From the NCBI GenBank assembly GCA_017499595.2, contig CM039008.1, forward strand, positions 2,914,001-2,978,000: 64,000 bases of DNA, in the 5' to 3' direction. This DNA comes from Psilocybe cubensis. Lineage: Eukaryota. The position numbers were made by a program, and so were the translations under genes. The notes below the pieces were generated by a model. It saw only the letters and a list, made by a program, of their open reading frames with translations, searched no databases and had not been told where the DNA came from. Positions 38,214 through 52,899 of the stretch are shown here, piece by piece (within the stretch, counting starts at the first letter, position 1; each line of letters begins with the position of its first letter).

Positions 38214-40528
38214 TCATTGTGAGCGGTGGTACGAATCTTGAATTACCGTCATCTTCTCTGTACTTCTTGGGGTAACTTTACACCTAAATGGCTTGGGGGC
38301 GAGATTTATCCCCTGTGTAACACAAGTTTGGTCAAGATTTGTTCATGATCCAGAAAAAAATATGATTAAAAACCGACATCAATGAAATGGTCAGCGAGGT
38401 TTGAGGGTGCAGTCGATGTCAATACATGAGCCTTTTCCTTCAGAGGAGAGAAGTCGAATGCCCAAAGCAGTCGCATAACAGCGAGGCTCTGCGCATATTC
38501 TTTTGAGTTGGTGATAATGACTCATAGACACATAAACATGGATACGTACGATATTTGTAGTGGCAAGGTGCATACCGGGACAGAGTCTCTGTAGCATGTG
38601 TTCGGAGTTATCTATAATGACATAGTTTGAGGGAACTGGCATATACCTTTCCACTTCCAAACGGGAGACTTGTCCGAATGGTGTAGCCTTTCTGCAGTCC
38701 TGGTATAGTCCCGTCTACTGACATCAAGTAACGCTCCGGGAAAAATTCATCTGGACGCTCGAAGAGATCTAGCAAAAAAAATGAGTCGTACTCATGCATA
38801 GACTAGAAGTTATGGAAGTCAAAATTCTTACTTGGATCGTGTAGAATTCCCCCTTTTGATAATTGAATTTTTTTTAAAAGCTATGTTTAACAATATTGAA
38901 TGCTACTTACAGACGTTGGTGAAGATAGGTGCTCCTTTGGGTATTATATACTGTCCATACTAGAACATAGTTAGCAAACACCCATGAAGAATGAAGACAA
39001 GGCCGTGTTATCCCGAACTCACAGAAAAATCTTCCTTCGCAGAGTGTGGAATACCCAATGGTCCAGCTGGACGTAGTCGATGGATCTGTACATGCAGAAT
39101 ATCTCAGATACCATCGAATCCATAAGGTTGATATTGACACTCACTTCCTTAATCATGGCTTGTACATATGGTAAGTCCTGGATGTCGCTCGGTTGCGGGA
39201 GTCTAGACAACCCTACGACAGAGTCGATCTCTTGCTGCGCCCTTTTCTGTGACTCAGGAGAGTCAAGAAGGCAGAGGATTAAGGATTGAATCAAGGCCGC
39301 TGATGTCTCTGCACCACCATCTAGCATAATCCCTCCAATATACCTACGTAATCACATGTTAGTTTTGTCTCACAACTGTCATCGCGGATATCAGGCAGAG
39401 CACAACACGCACCCTACCATCTCTCTGGTTAGACCCAGCTCATCTTTTTTGCTCAGAATACTCTCCATCAAAGTCCCATTCCTGTGCCCCATCCCAACCT
39501 GGCTCTCCGCAAACTCTAAGAGCGAGAAATACAAAGACCGCTGAAGATTTCGCGTCCTCTTCCAGAGACGCTTCCATGGTGCACATATCTCGGGTACATA
39601 CTTGAGTAGCGGAACGAGATCCACCGGAGCAGCAGCCGGTGCTATCGTCGCGGAGAAGGACCTCATGTATGTGCGGAAAAGTTCAGCCTCCGGCGAGTCG
39701 TATTGCGGCGTTGGTTTCCCGAACACCACAGAAGTGACGAATGACAGGGTAGCTCGCGAGACATGGGAACATAGATCCTGTCACAGATATCATTTAGTGT
39801 TATCAGTTCGTTCTAGAAGTATGAAGTTATCCGAAAGATGTTTTTACATCAGGTCTTTCAAGTAGGTCGTATAAGAGCTGTGCAGTCTCCCGTTCCGCAA
39901 TGGGAAGATGCGATTGGACGGCCTGGGAAGATACCAGCGGCTGGATGACCTTCCGACCTATTTGCCATAACTTATTGTCTTCGAAATACGATGGAAATAC
40001 ACTTAGATACCATAAACGAGTTGGAATGAGTGGATTGACGTACCGGAAGTAGCCAAAGCGAAGTAATTTTTACCAGTCACGCTATCCGCTGCGTGAAGTG
40101 TAGGGCGTGAGGATGTCTCGTTGCTGTGGTCATCAAGCAGCTCTTTCACGATTCTCATGTCAGAAAGCACTATTGCTGTTCCATTGGCCACTTTTATCTA
40201 AAGTTAATTTTCGAAGTCAATCCCCTCCTTCGTTAGGGTAAGAGAAGGCGAATCACGCACCGACATTATTCCTCCATATTCCTTGGCCCATTCAGTAAAT
40301 CTGCACAGATACAATGGCGCAGGATTAGATTCAAAGCTGCAGAGTCGTTATTCTTTGTTTTTCTTACTTTAAAAATGGGAACTGAATCGGAACCAGGTGA
40401 ATATTTCCTAGGATCGGAATAGTTGGAGGTCCAGGAGGTAGTGATTTCTCCCGTCGACCGTATTGAAGTAGCGAGTAGACAATCCACGAGAAACTTATTG
40501 CAACGAGCGATGTGAGTAGTGTATTCAT
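38214..40528 (-). CDS. Cytochrome P450 (multi-exon)
   Basis: [44 protein letters not shown]; stop at 38214. Confidence 0.94.
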
Positions 40529-40852
40529 TTAGAGATTGAGGAAAGGCAAGAGGACTCTACTGTCAGGTGATTTCAAAAACATTCGTGGACCAATTTATAT
40601 TGGAACCTTTATACCAACGTTTGTGTATCACGCGCTAGCAAACCCAAAGGGCTGATGAGTACATTTTGGAAACAAACCACGGGTAAAAAGGTTCTACCCT
40701 ACCAATCTTCCGGTCAGCAGTATTGATCAATGATCCAATATAAAGAATTTTGACCGATTAGAAGTCTTGGCTTAAAGCGAATGAATTGAGTATGCTATGT
40801 GAATGTACACCTAACTATATGTGTGCGTCTTAAACTGTGACATCTTCCGTGG

Positions 40853-41387
40853 CTAAGAGGGCTTCTCCGCGATTGGAAAGTCCTTTCCAGTGACAGTCTT
40901 GTATCCGCTTCGGATGGCGCTTGCAATTTGTGCATCTTTAGCTTGCTCAATGGCAGATTCGTTGGATTGGTCGCCGGCTTTGAAGACGTGCTCTTGAACG
41001 AGGTCGATGGCTAGATAAGAGCATACAAGGGGACAAGTTAGCAATGCGAAAGAAATGTTATGTGAAGGAGTGATGGCAGAAGCGATGATGATCGACCCAG
41101 AGTATACGTGCCTTTATCAAGATAATCTATGTTAAGTATGGTCAGTTATATTGACTCAATGATTTGAGGGAATGAGAAACGGTTTAAAGGGCAAAATTCA
41201 ATGATGTACGTGTTGTCTCACCTTCCTTCTTCTCTCCCTTCTCGCCTCCCCCGAGCGCACTGTTGATTGCGCCTAGAATCGCGTTTGCACCATTACTATC
41301 ACCATTTCCACTGGGCTCGGATGCATTTACACTCTGGTTCTTGGTCGAGTTTTCAACCTCGCTGGCAACCTTCTTCAAGAAATCCAT
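40853..41387 (-). CDS. Small conserved hydrophilic fungal protein (3 exons)
   Basis: GGGEKGEKKE|DYLDK|AIDLVQEHVFKAGDQSNESAIEQAKDAQIASAIRSGYKTVTGKDFP, a pattern typical of a widespread fungal small-protein family. Confidence 0.8.
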
Positions 41388-41595
41388 TTGGAATGATGTG
41401 CGTCTATTTGAGCTTGATTGTGATCAGCGTAGTCGGACGGGGAAGAAAACTGTAGCAATACCCCACCACATCCCGCCTTTTAATATGAACGAACCCAGGC
41501 CCGCCAAGACTAATCATCCAAGCAAGGATGTACAGTTGAGGACAATCAAAGACATCAATTTTTTTGCACGAATTATATAGACTATGACAAACATG

Positions 41596-42480
41596 TAGGG
41601 TGCCTAGAAACTGTTTTAATAGGTAATACTACGTCTAATTAAACGATTTGCACGAGCAGATTTCTCAGATTCAACTTTTTTGGAAAAAATCTCCCAAAAA
41701 ATTTGGCGGTGGTCAAAAAAATTCGCTAAATTCTCGAAAAATTCATTTTTGGATAGCTTTCGATATTCTGGGTTCGCGCCTGAAATATCAAAAAAAATTA
41801 TCGAGCCGTTCCCCTTAAATAAATTCGGCAAGATGCCACCTAACGGCAGACCACCCAAGCAAATGAGGAACATTTCCGGCCTAAAACGATAACTTTCTCA
41901 ATCTTCTTTTCTCTCAAGGCCATGAATGCATTTTGAGTGAAAATTCCATTGCAAATTGAACCCTGTAGAACTGGCAAGCTATTATACTTTTTAGCTATGG
42001 CTACTCATATTCATAAACTATGTCTATAGTGCTGGGAATGACTGTGCAATACTGCTATTGTGAAGTTGAAAAAAAGACATTTCAAGAAGCAGCTAGGATA
42101 CAGAATCTGAGAAAAAAAAAACATCTTGAAGCACTTCCAAAGCATGTTCCACCAATAATATTTGTTGTTTCATCAATTGCTCCTGGTGCTTTACGGGTGC
42201 TTATCTTGATTTGATGGCGAGTACAGGGGTGTGGGCAGTGAGAAAGCAAAAGTAGGCCAGCCGATTTTGCAGCGAGTAATTCGTGGTAAAATTTGGAGTT
42301 GCCGAGCTGCCCGGCACCAAGTAACATGACTATATTTTGATATTTTTTGGCCAAAAAATTTGGCGGTGGTCAAAACCTCGTGGGAATTTTAAGAAAAGTG
42401 TGTTTTTAGACGCTATTTGACCGTCCGAGTTCGAATCCGTCGTTAGTTTTTGCCAGAAAATTCGCGTTCCTGAGATACAA
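41596..42480. mobile_element. Probable DNA-transposon remnant (ends not resolved)
   Basis: A/T-run-rich non-coding block; direct repeat AAAAATTTGGCGGTGGTCAAAA at ~41697 and ~42354; no TIR or TSD found. Confidence 0.35.
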
Positions 42481-43744
42481 AAATTGATGTCTTTGATTGT
42501 CCTCAACTATAATGCGCCCTGAATTCGACATATGTGATGCTTGTTCCTACCCCTGAGAACCGCCGCTGAGTGGACCCCTGAATGCTTGAATTACCCTATC
42601 TTGGAGAAACGTTGAGCCTCAATCCCTGGAAGCAGTGTAAGGCTATGCTAATGTTGCAGGAGATTATTCAGATTGGAAGTGGACATTTCATTTTGCCATC
42701 TTGCGGTTGGTTTGTTGAAAAGTTTGTGTGTGCACGGACCCACAGTTGTAGGTGGCGCATACATAAGCATACGGAGCCGGCCCCCGGGGGGCCGGAGCGT
42801 ACTATTTTTGAAAGTCCGATCACCTCTCAGTACCATCGGAAAACGAAATACTTTGCCTCCGACTCAAACTCAGACTAAGGAAAGGTACTGAAGCTCTCCG
42901 GGAAAGATCGTGCGATATACTAACGGATGGGTACGAGACTATGTATTGATCATTGAAGGTGATTCAGACTAACATTTGATTTTGAAGAATATCATGCTTT
43001 ATAAAATGTTAATTCCGTTTCTACAAAAATTTTAGAACTTCAATATCACAAATTCAAGAGTAATGTCAATGACATCAGAACAGTGATGTGTCAAAACGGC
43101 GATACAGACTTGGTGTTACTGATTAACGAGATGGCTGAGGATGGGTGACCTAAAATAAGTGAAGGGTCATGCCGTCTGAGAGTCAATGTTGAATCATTTC
43201 TGTTCCGACAGGCGTTTATGTAGATGCCATCAATCCCGGGATGAAGTTTGATGGAGGTCGACATGCAGTCATGGCGGGCATATCATTGACGGAGGAGAAA
43301 TGAAGCCCATTTTTCTCATCTGAACAGAATAAAATACTACGATCATAACACGAGTTTGTCGAGTTCTGATTTACCAACAGGATAACCATGAAGAAAATGA
43401 GCAATCTTTAAGGGAAAGTTTCCAAGTGTAGGGTCACAATAAGTATTGAATGGCGAATTAAAAGATTGGGCTTAGAGAGAATATTGGTGTGGTATTCAGG
43501 TTCAAGTAGTATGCTAAATACACACCCATGTACCACATCATACCTATGCCATGGTGACACATTCTAAAGCATCCGCAAGAAGAAGAGTTGTGGAATGACA
43601 TGCTGTCCAGGTCATTGAGGTGTAAATCTGTATATATGGCATGCCTTTTAGATGAGAGTTAAATTTGTGGAAATAGGACTAGAGCTTCTCTAGAGGTTAT
43701 ATAATGAAGCTTGAGTAGACGACGCATTTCAACACGCCGCCACC

Positions 43745-45072
43745 ATGTCAGACACGCAGGTCGTATCCCTTCCGGTTAGGGTCGAGGAAGGTATTATCAG
43801 CGCAAACCTCAACAGCTCGATGTTGTTTAATTTACTCATGGGTACGTCCCCTTTGGTTCTGACGCGAACGTTGAAGTCAATGAGATATTCCTTAGGGGTC
43901 TACACTATTGTATATTGTGGAACAATGTACATTTACCGTAAGGGCTTCCGTCAATTTACTGACCCTAATTTTGAATGGAACTATATCACACAGTCTCCGA
44001 TAAGGCAACAAACAAGATCAGCCGAACGGTGCTATGGGGAGTTTCCTATTTATACGTTATCTGTGTGACAGAACTGGGCGTCCAGTGGTTTTTTATCAAC
44101 CTATCCATAGTGGTCAATGGCGAAACACGAGATTCCATTGTCTCCTCTACAATAAATGGGGCTCCCAATTGGATGTTTGTCGTTAACGACTTTCAGTTTT
44201 ATTCCATAATCATTGTATCTGACGCATTAATGGTGAATAATTTTCCGTTCTGGGCATTAAATATATTGATTCAACTTTTGCACGATAGATTTGGAGGTGC
44301 TTTAATGTGTGGGGACGGTCATTAAAAGTTACTTTGGTGCCAGTAACACTGCTGATTGCTGAGTTTGGTAAGTACAGTACAAACGAGATATAAATGTGAG
44401 ACTCTGTTTACATTCCTGTAGGCCTATTTTGCGCAGAAATGGTTCTAGCTGGTCTATCAATTCATGAACTGCAAACAGGAGGCTTCAACCCCAATCTATT
44501 CAACGGTATTGAGAGTGCTCTAGCATTTACGTCAGTAGCAACCACAATTGTCACTACATCCCTGATTGGTTATCGTATACAACGTCATTTTCGAGAAAAT
44601 AGAGCGTCAGGGTCTAATGGCACATTTAAGCACATACTCAATATTGTTATCGAGTCCGCTGCCATTTATTCCCTTCTCCTTCTCATGGACGCCATCTCCA
44701 TCATTGTCCCTCCATTCAACGAGCTTGGAACTCCGTGGGCCAACGTCGAGTACTATGTGGAATCAATTCTCATTGTGGTCGCGGTAAGTAATTATAATAC
44801 ATACCTTTCTATGCATCGGCCTAAGATGATACCTTAAGGGAATTGCCCCTACAGTAATTGTAGCGAGGAGTTCTGTGGCAAGACGAGCAGAAAATGATGC
44901 TTTTGCAATTACCAGGGTGTCCGGACTTCGATTTGAATCTGCAGGAGGCAGAGTTCACCACGGACAAAACCCATCGACGATAGGGAGTGGGTCTTCAAAC
45001 GACTCAGAAATTATTGTCTTGTCCTCGGAGGATCCGGAAAAGCAAAGTAATGGTACTCAATCGACACTTTGA
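43745..45072 (+). CDS. Agaricomycete multi-pass (7-TM-like) membrane protein, copy 1
   Basis: Hydrophobic exons; DALM|IWRCFNVWGRS, IESAAIYS, GIAPTVIVAR motifs. Confidence 0.82.
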
Positions 45073-45736
45073 TGCTGCTGATCCAAAATCAGAAGCTGCC
45101 ATTTTTCAATGACGTTCGATGACAAGGGAAGAGATGTACTGGGCGGCTTGGTACCCATATATTTATGATTATGAATAGCATCATTATCATTTGGACTATT
45201 TACAACTTGATTGATGTGTAATAGTGAGAACTTGAAGAACATCGAATAACTCACATAAGCCACTTTGAAATCTGTGTTTATTTGTATCCTAGTGTGATCC
45301 CGCGCTAGATACCGCGGATCAGGACAGTTAAAAGCTGGACAAGTCACACCAATTCTCACACTCACAGGTTAAGTGTAGCTCCAACATCAAGAAATGTCTA
45401 GTATACAACACGTAGTGTCTGTAATACCAAATTTACTTTGTTAAAAATTGACGTGATACATTTAATTATGCCAAAGCGCATCACGGAACCGAGCTTAAAG
45501 GCCTGTACACTGTCAGGATCCATGGTCACTAAAATTGATTCCGCGTTTTCCATACACCGGTTGAAGTGTTCATTGGTGTTTACCTGAGTCACTGATTCAT
45601 TGTAACCGAGTGATATCTGGAAGATGAAAACATATGAATACCCACGTAATGCTCAATGAACTGTATAAAGCTCACAGAAAATCAACCTAAGGCATCATCT
45701 AATATCCTCCTATTACTTCGAATTAAGCTCATATTA

Positions 45737-47071
45737 ATGTCTGAACCGGATCTGCACATACCAGTCACCATAGAGGAGGGTGTAATTCGATCTAACCTCA
45801 ACAGCTCAATGCTACTCAACTTACTTATGGGTAACTAAGTTTCCTCAGCGCAGGTGATCTTAAGCTCACTTTATACAAAATTTTATAGGCACTTATAGCA
45901 TGTGTTATGCGGGTACTATGTACCTATATTGTTAGTTTATTCTTCTTTATCATATCTATCCCTGTATGTTAACATGGAATTTCGTAAGGAAGTATCGCAC
46001 AGAAAGGTTCACAGCATGAATCCACGGATTATTCTCTCGACTATAACCTTGCTGTACCTGTTGTGCTTCATGCAGTTTGTTGTTCAATGGTGCTTTGTAA
46101 ACTGGGCATTTGTCAACAATGGAGATACACGGCAATCGATATTTCTCGACACTCTTGCAGGGGGTCCCCCATGGATATTTGTTCTCGACGATTTTCTCTT
46201 CTTTGCCGCTATCCTCGTGTCAGATACGTTTCTGGTAATGTAACTTTGGATTTAATTTCTTGTAGATTCCACACCAACCAATTAGTGTTCATTCCTGGTA
46301 GATATGGAGAACATTTCACGTTTGGGGCCGTTCAATAAAAATAATATTTATTCCCTGCTGTTTATTAATAGCAGAATTAGGTGCGTTCTACGTTGATCTG
46401 GGCGGTTACCAGTATATGACGCATGACTTGATAGGACTTCTATGCACAGTGGTGGCGTTGGCATGGATATCCCCTGATTCGTCGACAGATTCAAACCCCA
46501 ACCTGTTCAATAGACTTGAATCTGCGTTGACCTTCATTTCCTTAACAACGACAATTCTCTCCACCTTTCTGATAGGCTATAGAATACACCACGGGTTTTC
46601 TTGGAGCTCTGAATTGCCTCCATCAACTTTCAGAAGGGCCTTTAAACGCATTTTTATACTGGTAGTAGAGTCCGCCGCTCTATACTCTGTTGCGTTGCTA
46701 TTAGATGCAATAGCAATCGTAGTGCCAGTCTTTGGAGAGCTCGGATCACCGTGGTCGGAAGTGGAATACTACGTTGAAACAGTTCTCATCATTGTCACAG
46801 TAAGTCCGTCGAAGTCTGGTGTGGGCGTGGGTAATGACCTTACTGCAATCAGGGCCTAGCGCCAACTGTATTGGTGGCAAGACTGGTACTCATTAACCAG
46901 ACTGACACCAACGCTGAGGCCTCCGATGTACCGACTCGTGTCTCTGCCTTGCAATTTGCCTCCCATCAAAAGACATCGGATTATGATGTACAGGTAGAGT
47001 CTGAATTGAGAGATGACGTAGATGGCGAGGAAAGATGGGTCGACCCATTGAGAATGAAAGAGTCTGTATGA
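45737..47071 (+). CDS. Agaricomycete multi-pass (7-TM-like) membrane protein, copy 2
   Basis: Paralog of the 43745 gene with matching introns; EEGVIRSNLNSSML, DTFL|IWRTFHVWGRS, VESAALYS, GLAPTVLVARL. Confidence 0.82.
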
Positions 47072-47214
47072 GGATATGAGGACACTTCCAATAATTAGCA
47101 TAACTTTTAGATGGTGCTGTACAACGCATTGATATTTATTGGTCTGGCAGCTACGCTTACATCAGAGCTCTCGTGAGATGTTTCCCGTTCTGCATGAAAA
47201 TCAGGCTTCAGGCC

Positions 47215-49441
47215 TTAGTCAAGATGCGCAGTGCGTTTGTAGCAGTCTTCTATGATATTTATCTTCTCTTGACTTCTTGGTGTGATTTCACACCTGAATG
47301 GCTTCGGACTCAAAGTTATACCCTATCACAGAGACTTCAGTTACGAATAAGAATAAGAAGTTTATAGCACTTACATCATCGTATTCATCGGATATATTCC
47401 ATTTTGTAGTCCTAGTGGCTGGTTCGTTGGCGCGAGAGAAGTTAAATGCCCAAATGAGCCGCATGACGGCTACGTTCTGTATTAAGACAACGTTAGCATG
47501 CCATTTAACACCGATAGCGTGCATGTATACCATATTTGTATTACCCAGGTGCATTCCAGGGCATAGCCTCTAAATGTTCACGATATGTGAGCTCCAATGT
47601 ACCGCGCGAAAACAGACGCTATGTCACCTTTCCACAGCCAAAGGGTAAGCTTGAACGAAGCGTGTATCCCTTCTCTAATCCCGGCTTTGTACCATCAGTG
47701 GTCAGCATGTACCTTTCTGGCCAGAACTCGTCGGGGCGTTCAAATAGATCTATGCATTTTTGGTGATTGAGGCAGGCAGCGGATTATCACCATTTACATA
47801 CCTGGATCACGGAATATAGCCCCTTCACATAGCATTAGACGTTGTAAGAGAGGTGATAAGTGTTTGGATTAGATGAACTCACAGACGTTGATGAGAATAG
47901 GAGCAGCTTTTGGGATGGTATATCCGCGATACTGATATCAAACGGTCAAACATGTCATAAACGGAAAATGCTTTAAGGTTTCTTACCTGACAGTCCTTGA
48001 TAGCAGCGTGTGGAAGTCCAGTGGGTACGGCTGGCCTCAAGCGGTGTATCTTGCCAAGGGCATCAATTCGCATTTCAAACCAATCCAAGATACGAATATT
48101 TTGTACCTCTTTTATCATTGCTTGAACATATGGCATTGAGTTAATGTCCCTGGCGGTAGGGAGTCTCTCGCTTCCAACTACACTGTCCACCTCTTCTTGA
48201 GCTTTATGCAAGCTTTTTGGCGAGTCAATAAGGCACAGAATGAGAGATTGGATTAGTGTAGACGTTGTTTCAGTCCCTGCGTCGATCATGTTACCTCCTA
48301 TGTATCTATAAGTAGCCTGTTTATCAGCAATTAATCTATGGATGGAAGTTAAACAATATTTACGCGACCATGTCTCGAGTAAGCCCTAGCTCGACTTGAC
48401 GATCAAGAGCCGCCTCGATGAAGCTTCCTGTACGTTTACCGCTCTTGACACGATCCTCTGTATGTTCAAGAAGAGAGAAATACAGTTGTCGCTGAAGGTT
48501 CCGAGTCTCCCGCCAAAGCTGCTTCCACGGTGCCCATCGTTCAGGAATATATTTTAGAAGCGGAACTAGATCCACAGGCGCAGCTTCAGGTGATACTGTT
48601 CTGGTAAGCTGACGGATATATTCAACGAATAGCTTTGCGTCTGGAGAATCGTGGCGAGGAGTTCTTTTACCATATGCGACATAGGTGATAGTGGAAAGCG
48701 TAAATCGAGATGCGTGCAAGCAGAAATCCTAACTCAACCATGTAAGAAATAATCGTACTTTTGTCAGAATGGGAGACGTTACCTTAGGATTGTGTAAAAC
48801 ATCATATAGAAATTGACATGTCTCTTGCTCCACAATTGGCAGGTGCTCCTCGACCGCCTGCGGTGCCATATATGACAAAATTGACTTGCGGCCCATTTTC
48901 CAGACGTGGCTGGCTGTAGAAGCTCGGTTCTCATCACAAGGGATTTGTACAGGATATACTCACCAGAAGATGCAAAAGCAAAGTAGTTACCCCCAGAAAC
49001 GGCTTCTATTGCGTACAAAAACGGACGCGAAGAGGTTTCATTGCTTCTTTCATCGAGGAACTCCTTCACCATTGTATAATCTGAGATTACGATAATTGTT
49101 CCGCTCGAAACCTTGAGCTAAAAGGTACAAATTATGTCGTTACTTCACCCAAATTAATTTTAGGCCAACATAGTCCGTACTGATATGATTCCTCCGTACT
49201 CTCTTGCCCACTCTGTAAACCTAGTTGCAAATAAATCAGTGTTTGTGAGAATGCCAGGGAAAACCACATACTTCACAAATGAGTATTTTGTCGGTAGAAG
49301 GTGTATATTTCCTAGTAATGGGACTGTTGGTGGACCCGGGGGCAAGGTTTTATCTCGCTGGCCAATTCGTATGAGCTTTATGACTAGCCATGCCACGCAC
49401 CCCACAATGGCAAGGGTCGGTACACCGAAAGTCTGCGCCAT
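47215..49441 (-). CDS. Cytochrome P450 (multi-exon)
   Basis: [44 protein letters not shown]. Confidence 0.94.
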
Positions 49442-49956
49442 AGCAGAAATGGTGGAATTAGCTGGTATGAAGGTATCATGAGACGCAGAGGATATATATA
49501 TATATGCACACCTTTTCCACCGCCGGTGAGAACTGCTATGGTGCATGAATGATAAAAACATCCCAAATCGCTTCGTCCTTATTATTTCCGTTGAGCGTGG
49601 AAATGGACATTGCCAACTAATCCAGGTTAGGTCCATTCCAAGCAAAGAAGATGGATGTGTTGATATGCACAGCTACCTGGCATTCTCAGTCAGTAAGGAA
49701 TAAAGAGAAGCGTTGCGTGGGTGCAAAGGGTTGGTCTTGACAATGTCTATCAATTTCAATCTCCGGTTCAATTGTTCCCGAATAGCTCCGTGTACTTTTT
49801 CCCACGTTTAGTCAAAAGGCGGCCGCGCACACTGACAGCAGACATCGGCAGACGTTGGCCATCAGTGCCATCACTTGGAAAATTTTGTATGATACGGCAT
49901 ATCAACACGAAAATTTCTCACTGGTCATTATTTCCAACAAATTAGCCAAAAGAATT

Positions 49957-52177
49957 CTAATTCAGAGATGCCTCATAAGAAGCCATAATCATCTGTTTCC
50001 TTTCTTCGCTCCGAGGAGTGATCTTACACTGAAATGGTTTTGGTGTAAAGGTCACGCCCTTGGATTGGATTGGTTATTCCTGACGTGTAATCAGTAAGCG
50101 ATAGGGTACTTACACCAAGATATTCTTCTTGAAAGTCCCAAATATCCGTTGATGTGGCTTGTTCATCAAAGGCGGTTAGATTGAATGCCCATATAAAACG
50201 CATTGTCGCCATGTTCTATTACTCGAGTTAGATGCACGCTATCGTCATAGAGCAAGAATACCTGTTCATACCAGGTTCATGTTAGCAAAATGGATTCCTG
50301 GGCAAAGTCGCTGTATAAATGGCACTTGGTTAAAGTTTGCCTTTCAACGATCAGTTTAAAAAGACATACCTTTCCACTTCCAAATGGGAGTGATGCGCGA
50401 ATGCTATATTCTTTTTCTATGTCTGGTTTTGTGCCGTCCGGAGCAATCATATAACGCTCGGGCCAAAACTCATCTGGACGCTCATAGAGGTCTAACAGAG
50501 TCGTCATTATTTTTTATTACCTCGCTGCCCCGCTGAATCCATTATCCTTACCAGGATCGTTAAGTATTCCCCCTGCACGGTTGCGTGAGAAGTACTCTAA
50601 ATCACATTCATTCGCATTACTTACAAACATTGATCATAATTGGAACGCCTTTGGGTATAATATATTCACCGTACTGAAGGGCATTAAATGAGTAAATATT
50701 ATGGGTAAAGATGGAAGAGCAGAATTTCAGACCTGAAGATTCTTTGTAGCGGCATGGGGAATGCCAGTTGGGCCAGCGGGTCTGAGACGCTGTATCTGTC
50801 CATATTTTTGACTGATGTTAGCTAATTAAGCAAACAGAATATTTGTATAATTGAACCTCTTTCAGAATTGCTTGTATGTACGGTAGATTGTTGATATCGC
50901 TTGCCACAGGAAGTCTCCCATTACCTACGACCCTGTCGATTTCTTCTTGTGCCTTACGGTAAGAAGCAGGAGATTTCACGAGGCAGAGGATTAATGATTG
51001 TAAGGTTGTTGCCGTTGATTCTGTGCCACCATCCATCAAAACACCTGCAATATACCTAGCGTGAACTGATTAATTCATCGCCACGTCAAAGTTGTTGAAC
51101 CTAACACGCACGCAATCATGTCACGACTAAGTTTTAGCTCTGCCTGTTTCTCCAGTAACGTCTCAACAAAACTCCCGCTTCCATTTCCACCCCGAACTTT
51201 GCTTTCAGTGTATTCAAGGAGCGAGTAATATAGCGCCTGCTGCTGTGCCTGCGTCACCTTCCAGAGCCTCTTCCATGGCGCAAATCTCTCCGGAATATAC
51301 TTCAGAATTGGGATAAGATCTACCGGGGCGGCTTCTGGAGATATAGTGTTAGTAAAGTTTCTAATATAATCCGCAAACTCTCTGATTTTTGGGGAATCGT
51401 GGTTTGGCTCTCGTCTTCCAAACGTTAGAGAGGTGATGGCAGAGAACGTGTATCTTGTAAAGTGTTGGCATATATCCTAACGCGATGTTTAGAAACACAG
51501 CGACGTAAAGAAAATCAAATTCACCAATGGGCTTTCTAGTATATCGTGCAGTAATTGGATGGACTCTTGCTCCGCAATTCGTGCATGTGAGTGCGCCGCC
51601 TGTGAGGTCATGAATAGCTGTGTAAGCTTTCTTCCAACTTTCCATGATTCGTTATCTGCCACAATTGAGCCTGCGGTACCGATATACAAAGGACCCCTGA
51701 CACGCACCAGACGATGCCAGTAGAAAAAACTTTCCATTTGTAACAGCCTCCAACGCGTAGAAGAATGGACGCGACGACGTCTCAATGCTATGATCATCCA
51801 GAATTTCCTTCACTGCTCTCATATCGGAGAGCACAATCATTGTGCTGTTGGCAATCTTCAACTGTATTGCACTATATCATCAGAGAGCTGTCCAAATAGT
51901 GTACTTCAATATCATCTCACAGAGAATATTCCGCCGTATTCCTTGGCCCATTCCGAGAACCTGATTATTGTATATCGCCTTACAGTTTTAAGCGGAAGCT
52001 GTAGATATGTACTTACTTCACAAACATAAATTTACGAGGGAGTAGATGGATGTTTCCTAGCACGGGGATTGTGGGTGGGCCCGGTGGTAGATTAGCTTCA
52101 CGCTTTCCGATGGATAAGACCTTGAAGGCCAACCACCCCAGCACTGATATAATCCCGAGTTGCATGAGGGACAGCAT
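49957..52177 (-). CDS. Cytochrome P450 (multi-exon)
   Basis: [44 protein letters not shown]. Confidence 0.94.
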
Positions 52178-52899
52178 ACTTTCTGTAGGGCAGTAGACAA
52201 TGGACGGTAGGCGTCCACGCTGAGCCTGGTGGGGAGAGGCTGGAGCTGGGTGGTTGAAAATGAACAGAGGATTCCTGATACGTAAAGTTCGTAGACGAAA
52301 GGAACCGAACAGGAATGAAAGCTGTACAGCTATTAATAATAATATAACAGATAGAACCCCGACTTGGGAATCCTGTGGTTCCGTCTCATGCTCATCATCT
52401 TACCATCGAATGGCAAGCTTATATGCCTTATAACACTCGGTTGCTAAGTTTGTCTGTCTAAAGACAGTCAGCATCCCAAAGATACTTAAGCTTGATTTTG
52501 AGTACAGAAAGTCAATTAGAGTAGCCTCCCGCTGACAATGATACTTATTAGGGTTTGACATATTTGAACTACTTACGACATACGATTGATCCCCGTGGTC
52601 CAAAGTTAACTGCATATGGACAGCGTAGGTAATCCAGCAAGCTTTCGAATAATAGAAGACAAAACTGTATATGGGTCATCCGTCCAGAGATACGTTGCAC
52701 AAAAGCAGATATATCATATTATCTGGATTATACCACCATACTATATCTTGACAGACAAACTAGCTACTCTTATCAATAGTCATTCCCATGGATCTGATAC
52801 ATCCCGGGATCGATTCTCCAAATCGCGCAAGAATCTTTGACATATCCGCCCTTTCAGATGATGCAAACAATAAGCTAAACATCAAAAATTGTCAGCAAC

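Noticed and set aside
41596-42598. hAT-like element with TAGGGT...ACCCTA ends
   Set aside because: Only a 6-bp match and no 8-bp TSD
42777-42795. GC palindrome CCGGCCCCCGGGGGGCCGG
   Set aside because: Isolated and low-complexity, with no associated element ends
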